From an uncultured Gammaproteobacteria bacterium (GTDB lineage: Bacteria; Patescibacteriota; Microgenomatia; 2-02-FULL-39-11), in contig CAZFNL010000099.1 in NCBI GenBank assembly GCA_964520615.1, forward strand, positions 1 through 55,038: DNA of 55,038 nt, given 5' to 3'. This document shows, one piece after another, positions 26,619-35,541 of the stretch. Position numbers and translations under genes: made by a program. How positions within the stretch are numbered: the stretch's first letter is position 1; each line of letters begins with the position of its first letter. The notes under the pieces are model-generated. The model was not told the DNA's origin, made no database searches, and saw only the letters and a program-made list of their open reading frames with translations.

Positions 26619-27542
26619 ATGAAAAGGGAGAAGATAGTATTTCTTGATAAATTACAGATATCGGAAGAACTTATTGAGAATCTTAAGAAGCAGGTTGATG
26701 TTGTTTTACCGCGTTCTTCCTGGCCTAAAGAAAAAGAAGTGTTGGAGTTAGTAAAAGACGCGACAATTGTAGTCAGTAAATGGGTTTACATAGATGAAAA
26801 GATTTTCCAAAACGCCAAAAATTTGCATTATGTAGTGATGGCTATGACAGGTTATCAGAATTGGACGGATGTTAAGGCAGCAAGAAAATATAAGATAAAA
26901 GTATCCAATGTGCCAGCATTTTCCTCTGAATCTGTTGCCGAACACGTAATTCTTTTGATGCTTTCTGTTTCCCGTCAACTGAACTTGGCGCAAAATACAA
27001 TTAAGAAAGGGAAATTTGATCCCAAAGGTAATGCAGGAGAAGAACTCAAAGGCAAGACTTTGGGGATTTTAGGATATGGCAATATCGGTAGAAGAGTAGG
27101 GGAGTTGGCACGTGCTTTCGGAATGAAGATTGCTTATGTAAATTCTAAATCATCAAGAACAGATTTAGAGAAAATGTTGAAAAAGAGTAATGTACTTTCA
27201 ATAAATGTTCCTCTGACGACCGAAACTGAAAGATTAATCGGTGACAAAGAATTATCGCTTCTTCCCGTGGGAGCAATTGTAGTTAACACTTCAAGGGGAA
27301 GAGTAATTGATGAAAAAGCATTAATTAAACACTTGAAAAATAAACATTTATACGGAGCCGGTTTGGATGTTTTTGGAAAAGAACCGCCCGATAAAAATAA
27401 TCCACTTTTTTCACTACCAAATGTAGTTTTCACACCTCATATTGCTTGGAACACACGACAATCTCAAGAGCGTTTGGCGCAGGGAGTTGCGAAAAATATT
27501 GAGTCTTATCTTCGCGGGAAACCGATAAATATTGTTTCGTAG
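26619..27542 (+). CDS. D-isomer-specific 2-hydroxyacid dehydrogenase
   Basis: SVAEH, GILGYGNIG, VNTSRG, GLDVF..EP, TPHIAW. Confidence 0.92.
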   Translation: MKREKIVFLDKLQISEELIENLKKQVDVVLPRSSWPKEKEVLELVKDATIVVSKWVYIDEKIFQNAKNLHYVVMAMTGYQNWTDVKAARKYKIKVSNVPAFSSESVAEHVILLMLSVSRQLNLAQNTIKKGKFDPKGNAGEELKGKTLGILGYGNIGRRVGELARAFGMKIAYVNSKSSRTDLEKMLKKSNVLSINVPLTTETERLIGDKELSLLPVGAIVVNTSRGRVIDEKALIKHLKNKHLYGAGLDVFGKEPPDKNNPLFSLPNVVFTPHIAWNTRQSQERLAQGVAKNIESYLRGKPINIVS

Positions 27543-27610
27543 TAAAAATTTTATCAATTTCGGCCTTCGTTGAATTTGGAGGCCAAATCGGGTAAAATAT
27601 AATAAACAAG

Positions 27611-27711
27611 TTACCGCGGGGTAGTGTACAGTTGCACAGAATTTATCCCCGCAGATCAAAATAGTCAAACAGGTCAATCATTTTACCGCGGGGTAGTGTA
27701 CAGTTGCACAG
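27611..27711 (+). repeat. 29-bp direct repeat of the initiator tRNA 5' end
   Basis: TTACCGCGGGGTAGTGTACAGTTGCACAG at 27611-27639 and 27683-27711 (offset 72). Confidence 0.9.
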
Positions 27712-27756
27712 GAGGCTCATAATCTCCTAGGCCGGGTGCGACTCCCGGCTCCGCAA
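27687..27756 (+). tRNA. initiator tRNA-Met(CAU), atypical
   Basis: CGCGGGG/CTCCGCA with C1xA72 mismatch; GGAGG-CT[CAT]AA-TCTCC; CCGGG-TGCGACT-CCCGG. Confidence 0.85.
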
Positions 27757-27762
27757 CATAAG

Positions 27763-27793
27763 AAAACAGACCCACTTTATGTGGGTCTGTTTT
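27763..27793. terminator. bidirectional intrinsic terminator
   Basis: AAAACAGACCCAC-TTTAT-GTGGGTCTGTTTT between convergent tRNA and GT-C gene. Confidence 0.85.
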
Positions 27794-27812
27794 GGTATTA
27801 GATATTGAAGAA

Positions 27813-29453
27813 TTAATAATTTAGCAGACTCTTTACTTCAAACCTGACAAGGAGGTTCCCGTTTTTGGCATAAATTGCATATTGTGAGTATGGACTGTTG
27901 TAGATTGTTTCCATTAATTTTGCTCCATTTATATCATTATTCGTAATCTTGCGGAAGCGGTAGTTGCGAAATTCTGATACCGACAGCCAATTGGTTTTGG
28001 GATCTATCCGGGAAAAATCTTTATAATCCTGTACGGTCAAAGAGGCAGGATCAACCCTTTTGTAGAAAAGAACATAAATATAAGGTTGGTTTATTGTGTT
28101 GTCTATTACTATATTACTATATTTCCCTTCATTTGCGGCTGTATAGGCGACAACTTTATCCAGTCCGTACTGGAAATACCATTGGGTGATTCCCCGATAA
28201 TATGATCCGAAATAGGTTGAGTAGAAATTGTATTGCTGATAGGCAAAGAGCGCCGAAAAACTGAGGATGATAATTGTAAAAAGATACCCGTTACTTTTAA
28301 GAAGAAATTTATTCAACATTTCCCACGTATAGATTATTCCCAAAGAGATAAGAAAGACCATTATTGGGAGAAAATGAGTTGCTCTCTGGAAATCTCCGGC
28401 AGGCAGTGTGAGAGCTGGGACAATAGGGAAAAGTATAACAAAAAACTGTATTGCTAAAAGCCTGAAACCAGAAAAAGAAGCATATTTTTTCTTAATAAAC
28501 TTCTTCTGAAAAAAAAGGATAAATAGTCCAATGTAGAAAAAAAGTCCGAGGACTATATTTTCGTATCCAAAGCCTGGAACTATTCTTGTCGGATTGACCT
28601 CTCCTGGCAAAAAGAGTGGCGAGGGTAAGAAGTAGGAGAGATAATTTGTCACATAGGTCAGAATATAATTTCCCTTAAAACTGGAGACGGCAACCATACT
28701 GAGTCTGTTGGTTATTGTTTGTGGTTTCAGAAGGTGTTCGTAAAGAAGCGGCAGATAAACTATAAATGCGGAAAATGAGATTATGAGAAGCCTCTTTACC
28801 GTGTCCTTATAACCCGTTTTTTTTCTGGGGATGATTATTACTAGCAGAATTATCAGCCAAACTGGAAGCATGCCTTCCATAGATGGATATAAATATAGGC
28901 AGATTCCCGAAGAAACGCCGGCTATTATTGATTTGATCAGCTGGTGTTTACTGCTGTCAATTGCGACAAAAAAAAGTAAAAGCGCAGAAGAGATATAAAA
29001 GGGTACGATATTTGGTGATATGAGCCAACGGGCGGATGTAACGGCAAATTGGGAAATGGCAAGTATAAAGGCAGCCATAAGCGACAAAGTGTTGTCATCC
29101 GTAAGTTTTTTTACCAATAAAGAAATTAAAGGTATTGTCAGAATTGACAAGATAGCCACGGAAAGACGTAGCGCAAGAGGAACCAATCCCCAAACTGCGA
29201 TAAAAGGAATCAGTGTATAGGGAGTAATGTGTCCTACGTAGTCATTGAATGACTGAAAGGTAATGGGAAAAAAGACACCATGATGGTCATGTCCGGTTTT
29301 TATTATACTGTAAGCATCGTAAGCGACGGCTTCATCCTGCATCAGGCCTGCGGGTATCTGTGTCATCCGGTAAAGTCGCAGGGCTGAACCAAGTAGAGTA
29401 GTAATTAATAAAAAAGATGTGATAATTATTTTGCTGTTTACGAATTTTTTCAT
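27813..29453 (-). CDS. ArnT/PMT-like GT-C membrane glycosyltransferase
   Basis: LRLY..TQIPAGLMQDEA...YDAYSI..TG.D.HG, multiple TMs, extracytoplasmic C-terminal domain. Confidence 0.85.
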   Translation of the reverse strand: MKKFVNSKIIITSFLLITTLLGSALRLYRMTQIPAGLMQDEAVAYDAYSIIKTGHDHHGVFFPITFQSFNDYVGHITPYTLIPFIAVWGLVPLALRLSVAILSILTIPLISLLVKKLTDDNTLSLMAAFILAISQFAVTSARWLISPNIVPFYISSALLLFFVAIDSSKHQLIKSIIAGVSSGICLYLYPSMEGMLPVWLIILLVIIIPRKKTGYKDTVKRLLIISFSAFIVYLPLLYEHLLKPQTITNRLSMVAVSSFKGNYILTYVTNYLSYFLPSPLFLPGEVNPTRIVPGFGYENIVLGLFFYIGLFILFFQKKFIKKKYASFSGFRLLAIQFFVILFPIVPALTLPAGDFQRATHFLPIMVFLISLGIIYTWEMLNKFLLKSNGYLFTIIILSFSALFAYQQYNFYSTYFGSYYRGITQWYFQYGLDKVVAYTAANEGKYSNIVIDNTINQPYIYVLFYKRVDPASLTVQDYKDFSRIDPKTNWLSVSEFRNYRFRKITNNDINGAKLMETIYNSPYSQYAIYAKNGNLLVRFEVKSLLNY

Positions 29454-29518
29454 AATATATGGATATATTTTCAGTTGATATAATAATCATACTGTAACAG
29501 GTTAATAGTTTTAAGAAT

Positions 29519-30310
29519 ATGGATATAATTCCGCTTGGTACAAACGGCTTTTTCACGAGCTTTGGTAGGCAGACGGCCTGTTTTGTTGTTCCCATGGGAA
29601 AGAAACTGATCGTACTTGATGCAGGGTCCGGACTATTCCGGTTTGCTGAACCTGAAGGAAAAGAGCTTTTGCAGGGTGTACGTGAAATACATTTATTTTT
29701 GTCTCACTACCATCTTGACCACACCATGGGGCTTTATGCTGCATTCAGGCTTTGGGAAAAGAAGAAAGTGACTATTTTTGCTCCGGCCGGAAAACAGAAA
29801 ATATCCGATTATTTAGATTGGGATAAATGGTCGGAGAGATATAGCAGTATATATAAAAATTTCAGTTGGCAATTTTTAAGTGAAGGAAGATATAACTCTG
29901 ATGATTATGAATTTAGCACCAGGCAGCAGAATCACAGGGGAGACGGCAGTTTGGCGTTTCGGTTTCGGCTGTCTGGCAGGGAATTTGCCTATGTGACTGA
30001 TAGCGAGCCATCGCAGGAAAGCATCGATTTTGTCAGGGGAGCGTCTCTTCTTCTTCATGAGCATGATATAAGCGGAGAAAACAGTTTAAGAAAGAGTGCA
30101 GCAGAAGATATAAAGAATCATTTCAGCGGTACACATGTAACGACAGTTGGAGCTGCCCTTATTGCTAAAAGAGCACAAGTTGGGAAATTGGTTCTTATAC
30201 ACCATTACCCCTTTTATGATCACCTGAAACTCAGAAGATTGGGGAAACTCTCTGCAACCATTTTCCCTAAAAGCATCATTTCCGAGGATCTTGAAGAGAT
30301 AAGTTTTTGA
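29519..30310 (+). CDS. metallo-beta-lactamase-fold hydrolase, RNase Z/ElaC-like
   Basis: LGTNG, LDAGSG, SHYHLDH, YVTD, LLLHE, H.T, LVLIHH. Confidence 0.8.
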   Translation: MDIIPLGTNGFFTSFGRQTACFVVPMGKKLIVLDAGSGLFRFAEPEGKELLQGVREIHLFLSHYHLDHTMGLYAAFRLWEKKKVTIFAPAGKQKISDYLDWDKWSERYSSIYKNFSWQFLSEGRYNSDDYEFSTRQQNHRGDGSLAFRFRLSGREFAYVTDSEPSQESIDFVRGASLLLHEHDISGENSLRKSAAEDIKNHFSGTHVTTVGAALIAKRAQVGKLVLIHHYPFYDHLKLRRLGKLSATIFPKSIISEDLEEISF

Positions 30311-30311
30311 C

Positions 30312-30343
30312 AAAAAAAGACCCCTAAAAGAAGGGTCTTTTTT
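30312..30343. terminator. bidirectional terminator
   Basis: AAAAAAAGACCC-CTAAAAGAA-GGGTCTTTTTT between convergent genes. Confidence 0.8.
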
Positions 30344-30366
30344 GTTTTGTAATACCTTTTTCTAAG

Positions 30367-30813
30367 TTATCTGGTTACTGTTATTGTAGAACCAAGTTCA
30401 GCATCGGGTGCACTAACTGTTATCCTATTGTCTGTTGCGCTCTTGACGACTGTATATCCTGTGTTATACGTACCGCTGCAGGAAGCGACCGGATTGCCGT
30501 TGTTGACTGCTGGATCAACCGGAAGCGCAGCGATATATGTGGTGACCAGGCTAGAGCATATATTTGCTCCTGTATCACTTATTGTCTGGACTGTGGTTGT
30601 AATGCCAGCTGGCAGTGTGCCTTTATTGTCTGCAGCATATTCGTGAATTGCATTAAGCATGGCATTTACATCGCTTTGCCTTTTTGTGTTGTTAGCCTGA
30701 GCAAATTGTCTGGCAGGGTTTATGGCTACAAGTACTATGGCAAAAAGTACTGCCAAAATACCGATAACAACAAGGATTTCAATAAGTGTGAAACCTTTTT
30801 GATTGGACCGCAT
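30367..30813 (-). CDS. type IV pilin (likely major pilin)
   Basis: KG|FTLIEILVVIGI class III signal, AINP, LPVDP, Cys pair. Confidence 0.9.
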   Translation of the reverse strand: MRSNQKGFTLIEILVVIGILAVLFAIVLVAINPARQFAQANNTKRQSDVNAMLNAIHEYAADNKGTLPAGITTTVQTISDTGANICSSLVTTYIAALPVDPAVNNGNPVASCSGTYNTGYTVVKSATDNRITVSAPDAELGSTITVTR

Positions 30814-30993
30814 ATTATACTCCTTCTTTATGGAATTTTTATAAGACCCTATTTCCAGTTAAACATCAATTCTTATCTGTGTCAAGGGGTACTTGGTATG
30901 GTTTTGATCCTGTCATTTATATTGATGACACGCTTTTGTTGTTTATTTTAATCTAGTTATATTAGTTGTATTCCGTCAGGGAAAACCTAATTG

Positions 30994-32100
30994 CTAATTC
31001 TGCTTATTTATAAATATGATTGCATCGTATTTTATGTCTTCTGTATCCTGTGTGGTGACATCTTTATAAATTTGACTAATTGCGTCTGTGATTGTTTGTT
31101 TTACCTGAATTGGCAGATTTTTGGAGAAGACAATAAATGTTTTGGAAGTAGCTAATGTTCCGATATCCTGAGATACTATATTGGTAAATCCGGCCTCCTG
31201 CAAACGACTTTTGGCTAAATCAGTCCCACTTGGGACACCAGAACCATTTTGTATTTGGATATTTATATTTTTAAGGTTTTGCTGGGATGAGCCTGAGGCT
31301 GTATTTCCAAAAGAGAGTTGTTGGGGAGGGGGAACGGTTGTAGGGGATAACGTTATTTGATTGGTAACAGGTGGCGTCACAAGGGTTCTTTTAACAGGGG
31401 GAACAAGTGTGGATGAGGATTTGAGAAGAAGTATCAAAAGCGCTATTACCAAAACAGCAAAAAGTCCAATAAGGAAAGGCAGGTTTTTATTTTGATTTTC
31501 CTGGTTGTCGGTTGGTTTGCTTTCTAGACTCTGCTTTTGGACAATTTCTTCCTTTGTGTCACTCATGTTTTCAGCCTTAAAATAGTCAAATTTATCAATC
31601 ATTGATCTAAAGACTTCGGAATTTAAGCCATTTTTCATCTCTATATATTTTTCCAGAATAAACTCTGGGACTATGGCTTCTACTGCAAAACCTTTTGTCT
31701 CAAAAGCCATTTTTATGGAACTATAGACTTCTTTATTGCCGGCGATAATTTTGGAAATTGTCTCAAGATGATAGAGACGGGAAGCAATATTTTCAAAAGG
31801 TATCATGTCAAGAAACTGCTGCATATTGTCGGAGACGACATTTTCCTTTAGGTGGGGAAAATCTTTTTCAAAGTAAATATTATGTGAGATGACAACGATA
31901 AGACGGGAGGGCATAATTTTGTAAAATTCTATGAAAGCTTTTATGAGAATATTAAATTCATCCCGGTTTATTATTTCCATGTTGTGAATGACTGTATCGG
32001 GAAGGTCAAGTTTAATGGAAGAAGTGACTGTACTACCGAAGAATATCAGTTGTTGTCTGTCGAGGTAAACGATAGCTGGTCTTTGTTTGGCAGGTTTCAT
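30994..32100 (-). CDS. pilus-associated protein: possible PilM-like N-domain, TM, LytR_C-like C-domain
   Basis: TM near aa 208-226; IQIQNGSGV.....AKSRLQEAGF LytR_C-like motif; located in the pilus cluster. Confidence 0.6.
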   Translation of the reverse strand: MKPAKQRPAIVYLDRQQLIFFGSTVTSSIKLDLPDTVIHNMEIINRDEFNILIKAFIEFYKIMPSRLIVVISHNIYFEKDFPHLKENVVSDNMQQFLDMIPFENIASRLYHLETISKIIAGNKEVYSSIKMAFETKGFAVEAIVPEFILEKYIEMKNGLNSEVFRSMIDKFDYFKAENMSDTKEEIVQKQSLESKPTDNQENQNKNLPFLIGLFAVLVIALLILLLKSSSTLVPPVKRTLVTPPVTNQITLSPTTVPPPQQLSFGNTASGSSQQNLKNINIQIQNGSGVPSGTDLAKSRLQEAGFTNIVSQDIGTLATSKTFIVFSKNLPIQVKQTITDAISQIYKDVTTQDTEDIKYDAIIFINKQN

Positions 32101-32109
32101 AATATTATT

Positions 32110-32499
32110 TTAATAGATTTCTTTCCATGAGAGTACTGATAATACATTATTGGAATTCTGCGCTTGAACCTGAGCCGTACGTTTTATATTTCCGGCTGAA
32201 GCAGTAGCTACAATGGTATATATGTTACTACCTGAGACTGTGACTTGGACAGAGTTGTCTCCCACACTCATTGTGCTTCCTGTGTAAGTTGGATCCCGCA
32301 AAAGTTGCAGGATGGCATTTTCTATTCCTGATTCAGCTGCAGTGCTGTTTATTGTGCTTTGTTGTGTTTTTTCTGTTGATAGAGAATTAACTAGAATGAT
32401 GACAGTGGCGGCAGAGGTGACGGTTATGGCAACAATAACAAAAAAAAGCAAAGTTACCAGTGCCTGACCTTGCGAATTGGATGATTTAATATTTTTCAT
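32110..32499 (-). CDS. PilX/GspK-like minor pilin
   Basis: QG|QALVTLL (no Glu5), AAESGIE, C-terminal SWKE. Confidence 0.75.
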   Translation of the reverse strand: MKNIKSSNSQGQALVTLLFFVIVAITVTSAATVIILVNSLSTEKTQQSTINSTAAESGIENAILQLLRDPTYTGSTMSVGDNSVQVTVSGSNIYTIVATASAGNIKRTAQVQAQNSNNVLSVLSWKEIY

Positions 32500-32506
32500 A
32501 TATTAT

Positions 32507-33022
32507 TTATCTTAATCCCGCTGTCAGGCTGACGTTTTTAGTCGCCGGACCTGCGGTCTTCTGGCTGATACTGGAAAGAGTGAAAGATATAATAATGTCA
32601 TTTTTACCGCCCGGATTGCCTATACGTTTGAAAGAGAGGGCGGATACTCTCGTGTTGTAACTGTTTAGCTGATCGGTGCCCAGATTGCTGCTTATTGTCA
32701 GGGTGCCGTTTGATAAGCCATATGAATAGTTGTCTCCGTCAATTGTGATTTGCATTGTTGATCCTTGATCGCCTATATTGGTAGGAAGAGATATGTTTTG
32801 GGCTCGGTGCAAGTCATATGTTAGCCTAGCGGTAATAAAGCGGCTATCTTGCTCAACACTGGAAAAAGACTGCGATTCCAAACGGACGTCAAGGCTGGAA
32901 GTGAATATATCAGTCAGAACAAGTAAAAGCAAAGAGAGAAGGCTGACATATATAATCATCTCAATAAGAGTAAATCCTCTTTGCCGATTTTTATTATTAC
33001 TTAGAATAGATAGTTTTGTCAT
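32507..33022 (-). CDS. PilW/GspJ-like minor pilin
   Basis: RG|FTLIEMIIY. Confidence 0.82.
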   Translation of the reverse strand: MTKLSILSNNKNRQRGFTLIEMIIYVSLLSLLLLVLTDIFTSSLDVRLESQSFSSVEQDSRFITARLTYDLHRAQNISLPTNIGDQGSTMQITIDGDNYSYGLSNGTLTISSNLGTDQLNSYNTRVSALSFKRIGNPGGKNDIIISFTLSSISQKTAGPATKNVSLTAGLR

Positions 33023-35046
33023 GGCGAATAATTTATGGACATATCATAAAGAGTTGGCGTGTAATTCATATCGGTTGAAGTCATATAGATTTTATAGCTG
33101 AAACATTCTCCCGGATTTATAAATCCTAAACCGTTATTAATAAGAGGAATTGCTCCCGATATAATGTTGCCGTTTGGGGTAAAATAACTGCCCGAGGTAC
33201 CATCCTGACCGATGTAGTTGAAATTGGTATTTAGGCAGCTTCCACCTGCTGGAGGCGCTGACGCAACCTGTATTTTTATAGTAGTTTGACTAGGTTGGGA
33301 GATTGTTGCCTGAAAGCGGTTGAAGGCTACAGTATAACCCGGATCAATAGTGCTTGAAATAAATGTGCCGTTTGTGGCATAGCCTCCGCCTCCCGCTCCA
33401 CCCATAATTATCTGGAATTGATCGTGGGCATCGCCGGTTATGATATAAGAAAAAGCGTCTCCGTCAGCTTCTGATACCGGGGCAACTCCAAAAACACCGG
33501 TGGGAATAGAGAGTCCACCGCAAAGAGTGGGATTGCTTTCATTTGAAATATCAACGACTTGGTATTGTAATGATCCACCGGTTCCTACTATTAGTGCCCT
33601 GTTTCCCGAAACTACTGTCATACCGCGCGGATCAGTATTGCCTGCATTGAAAGTGCCCTTAATAGAGTAAAAGTTGGGTAAAATCCACCACCAGGGAGGA
33701 TCTGGCGTAGAGGTATCAACTATAAAAAAACCTTTTGGGAAATAACCTGCACCATTGTTGAAAGCGACATAAGCGCGTGTTCCAGCGCTGTTTACAGAAA
33801 GTCCTTGCGGCTGTTGCTGCCAGGTAAGGTTGGAGACGCCAACTATCTTAAACGATCTGCCTCCGTTTGAAATCTTTATTTTCTGTAATCCAAAGAGGGT
33901 GTTGGCGGAACTGACATATGCATAACCGTTATTTACCACTACCTGTTCGGCTAGCGGTTGGTAGCCTATGTTAAACCACATGGGAAATGAGCCAAGAGGG
34001 AAAGAGTGAGCGCCATTTTTATTTGTAATGTCGTAAGTGTACAGTTTTATGCCTGATGTGACATAAAGTATGTTGTTGTCCACATAGATACCGTTTGCAG
34101 CATTTGCGCCTGAAATAGTAACCCAGCCTATTTTGGGATACGGTGGAGGTTGGGTCAAATCCAGTATTATAACCTGTTCTGAAGTATCATCAGTTGCCAG
34201 GTAGGCATAGTTGCCGTCACTAAAGACGGCATTGGTTTTATAGTTACTGGTATAAGTGCCGGAGATTGTCGCCACAGGCGGAGTGGGTTGTGGTGGGTCA
34301 CTGATGTCGACTTTGGCAAAGGTTACGCCATTTGTCCCGTCTCCTGTACCTACATAGGCAGCACCCGGGATAGCGTCGATTGCATTTCCCTGTTTTGGTA
34401 ATGTCAGCGTATTGACAATATTGTTTTGGGGCTGGCACCAGTTGCCTTGTCCTACTGTAGTCAGTGTCACTTCGCCTCCACTAGTATTGGTTGTAATAGT
34501 GTAGTTTTTAGTTCCAGCGTCAAAATCTGACTGAGTGGTTTGGATAAAAGTAGCGTTATTAAGATACCTAGTCAGATATTGTGTAGACGCGACGGAAGCA
34601 ACAATTGGTATGTTCCATGAAACTGAAATATCAATTCTTTTTGTGGAAGGGTCAACTGTTCCGCCGCTTGTAACAATATTACCGTTTGTGTCACGCAGAA
34701 CATCACTTATCGTTATCTGTCTTGTAATGCCGTCTATGACATCCGGTCCGGGAGATAAGATCCATGTGTTTTGGGATACAACCGGATGATACGTTCCGTT
34801 TGTAGCGATTGCCGACCAGCTTCCTTCCCTGATGACTCTTATGGCTTCCTGTGTTTCCTGTAAGAGACTGGTTGCTTCTTCTCTTTGCTGCTGCTGGGCT
34901 TTGCCGCTGCCGGATGCAATAAATCCAGTCAGAAGCGCCGGTAGAAAAGCAGATGTGAGGGCTATGGCAATAATAAGCTCAATAAGCGACTGGCCTTTTA
35001 GGTTTTTATTCCTTATTTTTTTAATTGACTGAAGTGATGACGCCAT
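33019..35046 (-). CDS. large PilV-like minor pilin with beta-propeller-like C-terminal domain (putative tip adhesin)
   Basis: KG|QSLIELII; repeated V..DGNYAYL/IILDL blades, LVIVD-like. Confidence 0.75.
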   Translation of the reverse strand: MASSLQSIKKIRNKNLKGQSLIELIIAIALTSAFLPALLTGFIASGSGKAQQQQREEATSLLQETQEAIRVIREGSWSAIATNGTYHPVVSQNTWILSPGPDVIDGITRQITISDVLRDTNGNIVTSGGTVDPSTKRIDISVSWNIPIVASVASTQYLTRYLNNATFIQTTQSDFDAGTKNYTITTNTSGGEVTLTTVGQGNWCQPQNNIVNTLTLPKQGNAIDAIPGAAYVGTGDGTNGVTFAKVDISDPPQPTPPVATISGTYTSNYKTNAVFSDGNYAYLATDDTSEQVIILDLTQPPPYPKIGWVTISGANAANGIYVDNNILYVTSGIKLYTYDITNKNGAHSFPLGSFPMWFNIGYQPLAEQVVVNNGYAYVSSANTLFGLQKIKISNGGRSFKIVGVSNLTWQQQPQGLSVNSAGTRAYVAFNNGAGYFPKGFFIVDTSTPDPPWWWILPNFYSIKGTFNAGNTDPRGMTVVSGNRALIVGTGGSLQYQVVDISNESNPTLCGGLSIPTGVFGVAPVSEADGDAFSYIITGDAHDQFQIIMGGAGGGGYATNGTFISSTIDPGYTVAFNRFQATISQPSQTTIKIQVASAPPAGGSCLNTNFNYIGQDGTSGSYFTPNGNIISGAIPLINNGLGFINPGECFSYKIYMTSTDMNYTPTLYDMSINYSP

Positions 35047-35524
35047 ATAGATTTAATATAATAGTATTTTGTTCATTGCTGGCGGTGTTTCTTATCACGA
35101 TAGTATCTGATCCTGGAGTAAAACCCGATATCTCTCCACTTCCTTTTATAAACACCAGGCTTCCCAAGGGAAAAGATAGGTTGGGAAAAGTTATATTTTC
35201 GCCCAGATTTATGACCAGGTTTGATGGATCGCTAGGGTTATATACGCTTCCATTAAACAAAGTATATTTTGTCGATTCAAAATATATGCCAAAATTTCCG
35301 TCAGATGTACCTCCTTGTGTGTCTCCTGTCTGGGCTTTCAATTGTTGAGATTTAATATCATTTATAAGAGTGGTAAGGCTGGAGGAGAGGGTAGTGCGTT
35401 GTTGTAGACCTAAAAGATTGACTGTTATAGTACCTGAGAGTAAGAGGAAGAATGCCATGACCACGACTAATTCAACAATGGACATGCCGTTTTTATGATT
35501 TCGTCCGAAAGAAAATGAGGGCAT
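35021..35524 (-). CDS. FimT/GspH-like minor pilin
   Basis: NG|MSIVELVVV. Confidence 0.78.
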   Translation of the reverse strand: MPSFSFGRNHKNGMSIVELVVVMAFFLLLSGTITVNLLGLQQRTTLSSSLTTLINDIKSQQLKAQTGDTQGGTSDGNFGIYFESTKYTLFNGSVYNPSDPSNLVINLGENITFPNLSFPLGSLVFIKGSGEISGFTPGSDTIVIRNTASNEQNTIILNLYGVITSVN

Positions 35525-35541
35525 AAATTATATTAGAAAGT

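Noticed and set aside
26241-27711. CRISPR-like repeat-spacer units
   Set aside because: Only two copies each, the repeats are tRNA sequence, and there are no cas genes
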